Positions 56,300 through 64,000 of a stretch of DNA of 64,000 nt are shown here, piece by piece; within the stretch, counting starts at the first letter, position 1, and every line of letters begins with the position of its first letter. This DNA comes from Gemmatimonadaceae bacterium (GTDB lineage: Bacteria > Gemmatimonadota > Gemmatimonadetes > Gemmatimonadales > Gemmatimonadaceae). The stretch spans positions 7,341 to 71,340 of the forward strand of contig JAUQWM010000050.1 of NCBI GenBank assembly GCA_030835125.1. The letters run 5' to 3'. The notes beneath the pieces were generated by a model. The model saw only the letters and a list, made by a program, of their open reading frames with translations. It had not been told where the DNA came from and ran no database searches. Made by a program: the position numbers and the translations under genes.

Positions 56300-56764
56300 T
56301 CAGGCGAGCGCCGTGCCGCAATTCGAGCAGAACCGCGCCCCGGCCTCGGGGCGCCCCCCGCACCGGGGGCACGCCGGCCGCGGCAGGTCCCGCCAGCGCC
56401 GCACCAGCGCCTCGGCCTCGTTCGTCGTGCCGGGTGCGGCGGCAGGGCGGGCTTCAGTCGCCTCGACCGCCGGAGTCGGGACCGGGTCGGCGACCGCCGC
56501 CGCGGGTGTCGCCGCCGCGGCCCCGCCGCCCGACTCCAACCGCGAGCGCAGTCGTTCGTAGTCCGATTCGCTCACGCGGCCCATCGCCCGGTCCATCTCC
56601 AGCTCCGCAAGCTCGTCGACATCGGGCAGCGCCTGGCGCGGCGAGGGGGCGAACGACGAACCGTCCGCCGCCGGCGTCCCCTTCCCCCGCAGGAGGGGCC
56701 AGAGCAACGCGGCGCCAATCACGACGCCGATTGCGACAAGAATGACGAGCTGGTTCGTGCTCAC
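56300..56764 (-). CDS. Membrane-anchored protein with C-terminal zinc-ribbon (CcmI/CcmH-like N-terminal region?)
   Basis: GTG 56764 overlaps the upstream stop (GTGA). TM segment LVILVAIGVVIGAALLWPLL. It contains ELEMDRAMGRVSESDYERLRSRL and ends in CPRCGGRPEAGARFCSNCG (zinc ribbon). Confidence 0.5.
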   Translation of the reverse strand: MSTNQLVILVAIGVVIGAALLWPLLRGKGTPAADGSSFAPSPRQALPDVDELAELEMDRAMGRVSESDYERLRSRLESGGGAAAATPAAAVADPVPTPAVEATEARPAAAPGTTNEAEALVRRWRDLPRPACPRCGGRPEAGARFCSNCGTALA

Positions 56765-58077
56765 GGGGTAGCAACTCCGTCTTCGCGGTTCGATCCGGCC
56801 GCAGACACCATGGCAACGAACGACAGCGCCAGCAACACGATCCCGGCCGGCCAGAGGACCGGCAACGGAAGGAAGGTAACGCGAACACCCGCCGAGTCGC
56901 TCGAGTCGGACTCGGTGAGGAGAACGCGCGCCTCCATCACCAGGCCAACCGTGGATCGCCTGATGCCAACCGTGCTCTCGAGGTGCTCGCCGTCCCACCC
57001 ATGGTACTCCCTGATTTCCGGCGCCAGCAGGTGTTTCCCTCCTTTCGGCCCGACCGCTTCCAGCGCCGCCGCGGTGACCTCGACGCCTTCGGCGTCATAC
57101 CGTGAGACGCCCTGGTTGACCAGGGTCCACGTCCGTCGGAAGGAGTCCCTCACCTCGACGGGCACGCCCGCGGGCAGGCGGACGGTTGATCGGGCAGCCA
57201 GGATGTGCATGCCGAAGGAAATGCCGAGGAGTGCTGCCCCGGCGTGGGCGGCGCGCGTCACCAACGGGCGCCTCACGCGCGGTCGTTCATGCCGAAACAC
57301 CAGGCGCTGCACGCGCCCGTGGAGCAGCGCGCTGATCGCCAGCCAGAGCAGCAGGCCCGACGACGCCGTTCCCAGGACCACCGGATCCGAGGGGCCGATG
57401 CCCAGCCCTGCCCGGGCCACCTGTTCGGCCGCCACCGCGCCCGTCGCCGCGATCCATGACACCGCCAGCGCCTGACGAGGAATCGGTGCACCCACCGGTC
57501 GCGCCACGCTCCACGAGATGACGAGGACCGTGCCGGTGATGGCGATGAGCGCGAGCAGCGGTGCCGCAGCCGCCGCGGGGCCCTGGACGAACGCGGGGAT
57601 GATCCGCGCGGGCGGCGTCGCGTCAGGCGCAAACCAGGCGGCGGTGGCGATGCACACGGCCGCCACCGCCGCGAGAATCGTGGAATGCCTCGCCCGGGCA
57701 ATGGGGTCAGACCCCATTGCCGGTACCGTGGCCGGCCCGGCGCCGTTCGGCAGCCGGAGCGCCACCGCGGCCAGGAGGAGCGTCGCCGCGGTCAGGGCGG
57801 CGCCGGGCAGCGTGGACCAGAGAGTCGCCAGGCGGTACACGGGGCCAACACGGATTGGCACGGACGCGGCGAGGAGGGCCGGTGGCTGGCCGTTGCCGAG
57901 CAACGTGCCCGCGGTGGCGGACCACGAGACGATCGTCGCCCCGGCGGCGACCAGGAGCAGGACATCGGCCAGTCGCGACGGGGACGACCTCTCCGGCCAC
58001 CGACCGGCACCGATGCCGAACGCGAGGGCGGTCGCGGCCAGTGCGAGCCAGAGACTCGCGTCGGCGATCCCCATCAT
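56761..58077 (-). CDS. Polytopic membrane protein, degenerate CcmF/NrfE-like (CcmF_C-like C-terminus, no WWD heme-handling motif seen)
   Basis: A 438-aa ORF. The N-terminal PVYRLATLWSTLPGAALTAATLLL resembles the CcmF Y-R-I-x-x-x-W-G-x-x-E-G-S block but is degenerate. The C-terminal FRRTWTLVNQGVSRYD...LLAPEIREY resembles the CcmF C-terminal domain. The assignment is tentative. Confidence 0.45.
   Translation of the reverse strand: MMGIADASLWLALAATALAFGIGAGRWPERSSPSRLADVLLLVAAGATIVSWSATAGTLLGNGQPPALLAASVPIRVGPVYRLATLWSTLPGAALTAATLLLAAVALRLPNGAGPATVPAMGSDPIARARHSTILAAVAAVCIATAAWFAPDATPPARIIPAFVQGPAAAAAPLLALIAITGTVLVISWSVARPVGAPIPRQALAVSWIAATGAVAAEQVARAGLGIGPSDPVVLGTASSGLLLWLAISALLHGRVQRLVFRHERPRVRRPLVTRAAHAGAALLGISFGMHILAARSTVRLPAGVPVEVRDSFRRTWTLVNQGVSRYDAEGVEVTAAALEAVGPKGGKHLLAPEIREYHGWDGEHLESTVGIRRSTVGLVMEARVLLTESDSSDSAGVRVTFLPLPVLWPAGIVLLALSFVAMVSAAGSNREDGVATP
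57698..57720. repeat. Third copy of the CAATGGGGTC-A-GACCCCATTG palindrome, embedded in the CcmF-like CDS
   Basis: Read directly as gcaatggggtcagaccccattgc. It is translated on the minus strand as ..AMGSDPIA.. in a predicted loop of the membrane protein. Confidence 0.85.
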
Positions 58078-58113
58078 GCGCCGGCGCGCGGTGCGATGCG
58101 CCCCAAGGCCGCG

Positions 58114-58323
58114 TCAGTCGCCCGAATGGAGGGCCGCTCGCCGTACCTGCGCCATGATGCGCTCCAGGTCCGCCTCCGCCCGTATCCGCTCGTCAGGCGG
58201 CCAGGCCCCGCCGTGAGCACGCAGCTCCCGGAGCTGCTGCATCAGGTCGTCGATGAGGGTCCGGAACAGGTCGTCGCGACGCCGCTCCGTGCCGGGCTCG
58301 CGTTCCGCTCCCTCAGCCGCCAT
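58114..58323 (-). CDS. Small hypothetical protein (69 aa)
   Basis: The ORF lies between the lipoprotein and CcmF-like genes and overlaps the lipoprotein stop by 11 nt. It is helical and charged. Coding status is uncertain. Confidence 0.3.
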   Translation of the reverse strand: MAAEGAEREPGTERRRDDLFRTLIDDLMQQLRELRAHGGAWPPDERIRAEADLERIMAQVRRAALHSGD

Positions 58324-58732
58324 AGAACGCGTCGATGGCCTTCTGGATGTCCTGGGGCGTCTTCCCCTGCTCGGTCATGCGCGCGACCGTGACCGCCTCG
58401 GTCATGCAGACGTCGCAGTGTGCGCCGTGGTCGCTCTCGAAGCATTCCACCAGCGCGCGGTGCCCGATGTTCTCCTTGCAGCGGCAGTAGCAGTAGATGC
58501 TCTCGAGCACATGGGCGTACTTCTTCGCCGCCTCATAAGCGCGCCGGACCTGCGGATCGGAGAAGCCGGCCGGGTCCAGCACCTTGTTCGGGCGGACGGC
58601 ATCGGCGGCAGCGGGCGCCGACTGGAGCACGGAGGCCTGGGCCTGGGTGGCTTCCCGGGCAGGCTCGGGGGACGTGCAGCCGACGAGTATCGCGGCGGCA
58701 AGCCAGGTGGCGTAACGCGGGGTCATCGACAT
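58313..58732 (-). CDS. PCYCGC-motif lipoprotein
   Basis: Lipobox AAILVGC. The motif SIYCYCRCKENIGHRALVECFESDHGAHCDVC matches the CYCxC...C...H...H.C..C pattern of PCYCGC-motif (lipo)proteins. Confidence 0.65.
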   Translation of the reverse strand: MSMTPRYATWLAAAILVGCTSPEPAREATQAQASVLQSAPAAADAVRPNKVLDPAGFSDPQVRRAYEAAKKYAHVLESIYCYCRCKENIGHRALVECFESDHGAHCDVCMTEAVTVARMTEQGKTPQDIQKAIDAFYGG

Positions 58733-58822
58733 TCGGGAACCTCGAGGGGCGGCGGTGGTCGGTCCCTGAATACTATGGACGGCGTCCGGGATGTGCAGGC
58801 GTCCGGGGACCGCCGAGTCGCA

Positions 58823-60298
58823 TTACCGCGGGTCTCGCGCCCAGGCGAGGGTTGCCCGAACCGCCCGCTCCCATCCGCGGTGCGCCGCGTCGGCCTCGGC
58901 CCGGTTTCCTCCCGGCTCGAACCGGGTGAAGTGCCTCGCCCCCAGGAACTCGGACGGCGCGGACCACACGCCACCGGCCAGGCCCGCGAGCCCGGCGGCA
59001 CCTAACGCGGTCGTCTCGACCAGGTCCGGTCGCTCGACCGGGACCCCCAGCTGGTCGGCCTGGAACTGCATCAGCCAATCGTTGGCGACGGCGCCGCCAT
59101 CGACCCGCAAGCGCTCGATGCCGCCCAGCCCGTGCGTCGACATCGTCTGGACCACGTCGCGCGTCCCGTACGCCATGGCCTCGATGGCCGCCCGCGCCAG
59201 GTGCGCGCGCGTCGTGCCCCGGGTGATGCCGACGATCGTGCCGCGCGCGGCAGCTTCCCAGTGCGGCGCTCCCAGTCCCACCAGCGCCGGCACGAAGTAG
59301 ACGCCGTCGTTCGATGGCACCGACCGCGCGAGCGCCTCCGTTTCCGACGCGTCCTTCACGAGACCCAGCCCGTCGCGCAGCCACTGCACCGCGGCGCCCG
59401 CAATGAAGATGGATGCCTCGAGGGCATAGACGGCCCCGCCACGCGCGTCACAGGCGATGGTCGTGAGCAGCCCACCACCCCCGGCGGGACGCCGCGCACC
59501 GGCATTGAAGAGGAGGAACGCGCCCGTTCCATACGTGTTCTTGCCTTCCCCGGGCTCCCAGCACCCCTGGCCGTACAGGGCAGCCTGCTGGTCACCGGCC
59601 ACGCCCCGGATCGGGATCCCGGTGCCGAACCAGTCGGTGGCGGCCACGCCGAAATCCCCCGCCGATGCGCGCACCTCGGGCAGCATGGCCGGCGGCACGC
59701 CGAACACCTCACAGAGCGCGGGCGACCATTCCCGCCGGTCGATGTCGTACAGCATCGTGCGCGACGCATTGGTGGGATCGGTGGCATGGACGGCGCCGTT
59801 CGTCAGGCGCCAGATGAGCCACGCGTCGATGGTCCCGGCGAGCACGTCACCCGCCCGGGCCCGGGCCACGAGGTCACGCTCGCGCAGCATCAGCTCGAGC
59901 TTGGTGGCCGAGAAGTAGGGATCCATCACCAGGCCCGTGAGCTTCGCGATGTGCGGAGCCTGGGTCGCGAGCCCGGCGCAACGATCGGCCGTGCGGCGAT
60001 CCTGCCAGACGATCGCCGGGCCGACCGGCCGGCCCGTGCGCCGATCCCACACGACGACGGTCTCACGCTGGTTGGTGATGCCGATCGCGACCGGTGTCGC
60101 CGCCGACTGCGCGATGGCTTCACGACCCGCCTCGACCGTGCGGGCGAGGATCTCCTCCGCGTCGTGCTCGACCCATCCGGGCCGGGGATAGTGCTGGGTG
60201 ATCTCCCGGTACCCGCGGCCGGTGACCCGCCCGCCTTCGTCGATGACGAGGCAGGTGGACCCGGTGGTTCCCTGGTCGATGGCGAGGACGGAGCCCAA
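58823..60298 (-). CDS. glpK: Glycerol kinase (apparent TTG start)
   Basis: GSVLAIDQGTTGSTCLVIDE...YPRPGWVEHDAEEI...GITNQRETVVVWDRRTGRP is canonical GlpK. The first in-frame start after the upstream stop is TTG at 60298 (CTG alternatives lie within the repeat). Confidence 0.93.
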   Translation of the reverse strand: MGSVLAIDQGTTGSTCLVIDEGGRVTGRGYREITQHYPRPGWVEHDAEEILARTVEAGREAIAQSAATPVAIGITNQRETVVVWDRRTGRPVGPAIVWQDRRTADRCAGLATQAPHIAKLTGLVMDPYFSATKLELMLRERDLVARARAGDVLAGTIDAWLIWRLTNGAVHATDPTNASRTMLYDIDRREWSPALCEVFGVPPAMLPEVRASAGDFGVAATDWFGTGIPIRGVAGDQQAALYGQGCWEPGEGKNTYGTGAFLLFNAGARRPAGGGGLLTTIACDARGGAVYALEASIFIAGAAVQWLRDGLGLVKDASETEALARSVPSNDGVYFVPALVGLGAPHWEAAARGTIVGITRGTTRAHLARAAIEAMAYGTRDVVQTMSTHGLGGIERLRVDGGAVANDWLMQFQADQLGVPVERPDLVETTALGAAGLAGLAGGVWSAPSEFLGARHFTRFEPGGNRAEADAAHRGWERAVRATLAWARDPR

Positions 60299-60354
60299 GG
60301 TCAGAGGTCCGAGGTCAGAGGTCAGAGGTCAGAGGTCAGAGGTCAGAGGTCCGA
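60299..60354. repeat. Tandem heptanucleotide array, 8 units (GGTCAGA x6, GGTCCGA x2), plus one degenerate unit
   Basis: Read directly. The array spans the whole mtnA-glpK spacer, from the base after the glpK start codon into the last 4 sense codons of mtnA (stop at 60343-60345 lies inside the array). Confidence 0.9.
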
Positions 60355-61416
60355 GGCCGACGCCACGAAGGAGTGTCCCTCCGGGCCCTTGACGGTGAAC
60401 GCGTAGGGCGGTCGAAAGATGCCCTGGTCGGTGATGATCGCGGAGATCAGCTCGGCCGGCGTGACGTCGAAGGCGGGGTTGCGGGCTCTGGCGCCGTGGG
60501 CCGCCACCCGAACCTCACCTAACGACAACACCTCGCCCGGATCGCGCTCCTCGATCGCGATCGCCTCACCCGCTGGCAGCGAGGGGTCGATGGTCGACGT
60601 GGGCGCCGCCACGTAGAACGGGATGCCGTGGTGGTGCGCCAGGACGGCGAGCGCGTACGTGCCGATCTTGTTGGCGCAATCGCCGTTGGCGACGATCCGG
60701 TCCGCGCCCACGAGGCACAGGTCGACGTCTCCCGCCCGCATCCGGGCGGCGGCCGAGCTGTCGGTGATGATCGTCGTCTCGATACCGGCACGACCCAGTT
60801 CCCAGGCGGTGAGGCGGCTGCCCTGCAGCAGCGGCCGTGTCTCCGTGGCGAGTACGGTAACGCGCAGGCCGTGCTCGGCCGCGACGTAGATCGGCGCCAG
60901 CGCCGTGCCGATGCCACCCGTGGCGAGCGCGCCGGCGTTGCAGTGCGTGAGGACGGAGGCGCCGTCACGGAGGAGTGGCACCCCCGCCTCGCCGATCCGG
61001 CGACACATGACCTGGTCCTCGGCGAGGATCGCCGACGCCTCGGCGCGCATCGCGTCGAGGATGCTCGCCGGAGGGCCCGGCGTGCGCGCTCCTGTCCGCA
61101 GCACACGCTGCACCGCCCACGCCAGGTTGACCGCGGTCGGGCGCGTGGCGACCAGGTCGGTCGCCGCCGATCGCGCCATGGCCAGGAAGGCGTGCCGGTC
61201 CAGCGCGACGTGCGGCGCGAGGGCAACGCATACGCCCATGGCGCCCGCAATCCCCAGGGCCGGGGCGCCGCGGACCGCGAGCGTGCGGATCGCCTCGCGA
61301 ACGTCCTCGAGCGTCGCGAGGTCGCGCTCCACGAATTCGCCCGGGAGCCGTCGCTGGTCGATGATGCGCACGCTTCGCTGGTCCGCGTCCCAGCGGATCG
61401 CCTGGATCGGTTGCAC
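60343..61416 (-). CDS. mtnA: S-methyl-5-thioribose-1-phosphate isomerase (eIF-2B alpha/beta/delta family)
   Basis: IRWDADQRSVRIIDQRRLPGEFVERDLATLEDVREAIRTLAVRGAPALGIAGAMG...LTHCNAGALATGGIGTALAPI...VGADRIVANGDCANKIGTY. Confidence 0.9.
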   Translation of the reverse strand: MQPIQAIRWDADQRSVRIIDQRRLPGEFVERDLATLEDVREAIRTLAVRGAPALGIAGAMGVCVALAPHVALDRHAFLAMARSAATDLVATRPTAVNLAWAVQRVLRTGARTPGPPASILDAMRAEASAILAEDQVMCRRIGEAGVPLLRDGASVLTHCNAGALATGGIGTALAPIYVAAEHGLRVTVLATETRPLLQGSRLTAWELGRAGIETTIITDSSAAARMRAGDVDLCLVGADRIVANGDCANKIGTYALAVLAHHHGIPFYVAAPTSTIDPSLPAGEAIAIEERDPGEVLSLGEVRVAAHGARARNPAFDVTPAELISAIITDQGIFRPPYAFTVKGPEGHSFVASASDL

Positions 61417-61546
61417 GCCGAAAAGCTAGGAGCGGCGCACGCGTCTCGCGAGACGGCGCGCGGTGCACCGCGACGGGCTAGATTCCGGTCGCGCCAGGCG
61501 CCAGGCGCCGGTGCCCCTCGTCGCTCGTGTCGATCCGCACGCCTCC

Positions 61547-62329
61547 ATGACCTACCAGAACCTCCGCGTCTCCATCAGCGGCGACCGCATCGCCACGCTG
61601 ACGCTCAACCGGTTCGACAAGCTCAACGCGCTCAACAGCGCCACCGTCGAGGAACTCGACCGGGCCCTCGCGGCGCTGGAAGCGCGGGACGATGTGGGCG
61701 GGATCATCGTCACCGGGGCGGGCCGCGCCTTCGTGGCGGGCGCGGACATCGCCGAGCTGGCGGCGCTGTCGCCGGAGCAGGCCCGGACGTTCGCGCTGAC
61801 CGGACAGGCCGCGTTCGCGCGCCTCGAGGCCAGCGCCCGCCCGGTGATCGCGGCGGTGAACGGGTTCGCGTTAGGCGGCGGGTGCGAGCTGGCGATGGCC
61901 TGCCACGTGCGCCTCGCCGCCGACACCGCGCGCTTCGGGCAGCCCGAGGTGAAGCTCGGCCTGATCCCGGGCTATGGGGGGACGCAGCGACTCCCGCGGC
62001 TGGTGGGCCCCGGGCATGCGGCCCAGCTGATGCTGACGGGGGAGATCATCGACGCCGCCGAGGCAGCGCGCATCGGCCTGGTGAATCGCGTGGTACCGGC
62101 GGCGGAACTCATCGCGGTCGCCGAGGGGCTCATGCGGCAGATGCTCGCGAACGCGCCGCTGGCCATGACGCGTGTGCTCGACGCGATCCGCCGCGGCGTG
62201 GATGCCCCGCCGTCGGCGCTGTACCACCTCGAGGCCGCGTCCTTCTCGATGCTCGCCGGGACCGAGGATGCCCGCGAGGGCACGGCGGCCTTCCTCGAGA
62301 AGCGGACGCCACGGTTCGGCGGCCGCTGA
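61547..62329 (+). CDS. Enoyl-CoA hydratase/isomerase family protein
   Basis: MTYQNLRVSISGDRIATLTLNRFDKLNALN...IIVTGAGRAFVAGADIAEL...AAVNGFALGGGCELAMACHVRLA...FGQPEVKLGLIPGYGGTQRL is a crotonase signature. Confidence 0.88.
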   Translation: MTYQNLRVSISGDRIATLTLNRFDKLNALNSATVEELDRALAALEARDDVGGIIVTGAGRAFVAGADIAELAALSPEQARTFALTGQAAFARLEASARPVIAAVNGFALGGGCELAMACHVRLAADTARFGQPEVKLGLIPGYGGTQRLPRLVGPGHAAQLMLTGEIIDAAEAARIGLVNRVVPAAELIAVAEGLMRQMLANAPLAMTRVLDAIRRGVDAPPSALYHLEAASFSMLAGTEDAREGTAAFLEKRTPRFGGR

Positions 62330-62350
62330 CGCCGTGTGCCGTCCCTGACG

Positions 62351-63511
62351 ATGGAGGCCCCGGCGCGCACCACCGACGTCCGGCCGGTGGCCGCGCGGCT
62401 GCAACGCCTGGTCATCCGCGACTTCCGGAACCTCGCCGACGTGACGCTGGTGGTGCCGCCCGGCGGGCTGGCGCTCGTGGGCGACAACGGGCACGGCAAG
62501 ACGAACCTGCTCGAGGCCGTGTACTACCTGCACCTGTTCCGGTCGCTGCGCGGCGCGCGCGACGTGGAACTGGTCCGGTTCGGGGCGACGACCTTTCACA
62601 TTGGCGCCGAGGCGGCCGGCGCCCGGCGCGACCGCCTGAGCGTCGGCTTCGAGAAGGAGACCGGGCGGCGGCGGATCCTGCTGGACGGCGTCCCCTGCCC
62701 GCGGGTGAGCGACGCGTTAGGCGCGCTGCCGTCGGTGGCCTTCTCGCCGGCCGACGTGGCGCTGGTGGCCGGCGGCCCGGGCGGGCGGCGCCACTGGCTC
62801 GACGTGACGCTGGCGTCGACCTCGGCGCGGTATCTCGGGTCGCTCCGCGACTATCGCGCGGCGTTGTCGCAGCGGAACGCCGCCTTGCGCGCGCGGTCGC
62901 GATCCTCCCCGCCGGCCGTCTGGGAACCGGCGATGGCGGAGCACGGCGCCGCACTCCGCCTGGCACGGGCGGAGTTCATCGACTGGGCCAGGCCCCGCGT
63001 CACCGAATCGGGCATGTCGCTGGGAGAACGCGGCCTGGTCGAGGCGCGGTATCGCTGCGGTGACCCGCTGCTCCCGGGGGCGACGCTGGACGATGCCCGG
63101 GAGGCGATCGCGGCCACGCTGGCGGCCGGACGCGATCGCGACCTGGAGCGCGGCTCCACCCTCCAGGGTCCGCACCGCGACGACATCGAGATCCGGCTCG
63201 ACGGCGTCTCGTTGCGACGCTACGGCTCGGCGGGACAACAGCGCACCGCCGCCATCGCGCTCCGCCTGCTGGAGTGCGCGTGGTACCGGGAGCGGGGCGG
63301 CACGGAACCGGTGCTGCTCCTCGACGACCCCGTGGCCGAACTGGATCGCGGACGCGCTGCCCGCGTGCTGGCCGCCATCACGGCCCGCGAAGGCGGCCAG
63401 GTGCTTCTCGCCGTGCCGCGCGCCGACGACATCCCCGCCGCGCTGACGGCCCTGCCGAGGTTCCGCGTGCGCGACGGCACCATCAGCCCCTGGAGCGATG
63501 CCGATGCCTGA
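62351..63511 (+). CDS. recF: DNA replication/repair protein RecF
   Basis: LQRLVIRDFRNLADVTLVVPPGGLALVGDNGHGKTNLLEAVYYL (Walker A), the signature GSAGQQRTAAIALRL, and LLLDDPVAELD (Walker B). The start is ATG 62351 (alternative GTG 62336). Confidence 0.88.
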   Translation: MEAPARTTDVRPVAARLQRLVIRDFRNLADVTLVVPPGGLALVGDNGHGKTNLLEAVYYLHLFRSLRGARDVELVRFGATTFHIGAEAAGARRDRLSVGFEKETGRRRILLDGVPCPRVSDALGALPSVAFSPADVALVAGGPGGRRHWLDVTLASTSARYLGSLRDYRAALSQRNAALRARSRSSPPAVWEPAMAEHGAALRLARAEFIDWARPRVTESGMSLGERGLVEARYRCGDPLLPGATLDDAREAIAATLAAGRDRDLERGSTLQGPHRDDIEIRLDGVSLRRYGSAGQQRTAAIALRLLECAWYRERGGTEPVLLLDDPVAELDRGRAARVLAAITAREGGQVLLAVPRADDIPAALTALPRFRVRDGTISPWSDADA

Positions 63512-63806
63512 CGACAGGCCGGTGCCGATGGCTGACGTCCTCAAGCGCTTCCTGGACCAGCAGGGGCTTGCGAAGCGGGTCGGGCAGATGACCGCGCTCG
63601 AGGCCTGGCCGCGCGTGGTCGGGCCGGCCGTCGCCGCGGCGGCGAAGCCGGTCTCGGTCACTGCCGACGGCACTCTGATCGTCGCCGTGCGCTCCTCGGC
63701 ATGGATGAACGAGTTGTCGCTGATGGAGCGCGACCTGCTCGACGCCCTGAACCGTGTGAATCCCACGGCTCCGCTTGCTCGCATCCGGTGGCAAATCGGC
63801 GCCTAA
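63498..63806 (+). CDS. DUF721 (DciA-like) domain protein
   Basis: LEAWPRVVGPAVAAAAKPVSVTADGTLIVAVRSSAWMNELSLMERDLLDALN matches the DUF721 pattern. It is in the classic position between recF and gyrB. An alternative start is at 63528. Confidence 0.7.
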   Translation: MPMPDDRPVPMADVLKRFLDQQGLAKRVGQMTALEAWPRVVGPAVAAAAKPVSVTADGTLIVAVRSSAWMNELSLMERDLLDALNRVNPTAPLARIRWQIGA

Positions 63807-63844
63807 GCAATTGGCGATTAAATGCTTAGGGAGCGTGGTCGAGG

Positions 63845-63874
63845 TTGATTTAGACCGCCCCGACCGGTTATTTT
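63845..63874 (+). promoter_or_regulatory. Candidate promoter upstream of gyrB (TTGATT-18 nt-TATTTT)
   Basis: This is an AT-rich patch in an otherwise GC-rich spacer: TTGATT at 63845-63850 and TATTTT at 63869-63874, 70 nt upstream of the gyrB ATG. Sequence match only. Confidence 0.3.
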
Positions 63875-63943
63875 GCACTGTTTCGCGGACCGGACTTTCG
63901 CTGTTTGTTCGCCCTGCTCTGTCGCCCGAATCCCCACCGCCTC

Positions 63944-64000
63944 ATGGCCAGCCCCAACCAGCCGACGCAACAGTACGACGCCGGGAACATCCAGGTCCTC
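63944..64000 (+). CDS. gyrB: DNA gyrase subunit B, 5' end only (19 codons)
   Basis: MASPNQPTQQYDAGNIQVL... The Y-x-A-x-x-IQVL pattern is the typical GyrB N-terminus. Synteny with recF-DUF721 supports the call. The gene is truncated by the window end. Confidence 0.5.
   Translation, partial: MASPNQPTQQYDAGNIQVL

Noticed and set aside
60299-60354. The possibility that the heptamer arrays (this one and those at 31434, 40600, 43077 and elsewhere) are CRISPR arrays or minisatellite-encoded peptide repeats.
   Set aside because: The units are 7 nt with no intervening spacers, and there are no cas genes. A 7-nt period cannot encode a stable peptide repeat. The + strand ORF reading GQRSEVRGQRSEV (59132..60406) is antisense to glpK.
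60628-63063. An 811-aa ORF on the + strand spanning mtnA (antisense), the enoyl-CoA hydratase gene and recF (out of frame).
   Set aside because: The translation is extremely Arg/Gly/Ala/Pro-rich. It crosses three well-supported genes and an intergenic region, so it is an artefact of GC3 bias.

Overview
The window is a high-GC (about 68-72% in typical stretches) bacterial chromosomal segment with dense coding on both strands. The gene content (sortilin/BNR proteins, a TonB-dependent receptor, a transmembrane SARP-TPR regulator) suggests a Gemmatimonadota- or Acidobacteriota-like organism; this is inference only.

The conserved backbone is well supported:
- The minus strand carries a tRNA-Thr/Tyr/Gly/Thr cluster followed by rpmG-secE-nusG-rplK-rplA-rplJ-rplL-rpoB-rpoC.
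- Other recognisable genes are cysS, an AI-2E transporter, pspA, uvrA, cutA, an ABC transporter, glpK, mtnA, an enoyl-CoA hydratase, and recF-DUF721-gyrB (gyrB has its 5' end only).

Four accessory or unusual regions stand out:
1. A nine-gene, translationally coupled envelope cluster at 5.7-14.3 kb. It is built around a CsgG-family protein, with two FN3-like modular secreted proteins, four secreted proteins of unknown function, a phosphodiester glycosidase and an OmpA-domain protein. A membrane-spanning SARP/BTAD-TPR regulator lies divergently upstream.
2. A low-GC island of about 3.7 kb (about 27.6-31.4 kb) directly downstream of rpoC. It encodes two tandem paralogous beta-propeller-like proteins and a Cys-rich secreted protein.
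3. A recurrent set of tandem heptanucleotide repeat arrays, some arranged as long hairpins, confined to intergenic spacers. A 22-23 nt palindromic element also occurs three times, once inside a CDS.
4. A degenerate CcmF-like / zinc-ribbon / PCYCGC-lipoprotein cluster.

No CRISPR array, rRNA, integrase or transposase was seen. Many long ORFs in the six-frame track are antisense or out-of-frame artefacts of the high GC content and were rejected. All family assignments come from motif recognition by eye, not from database searches.
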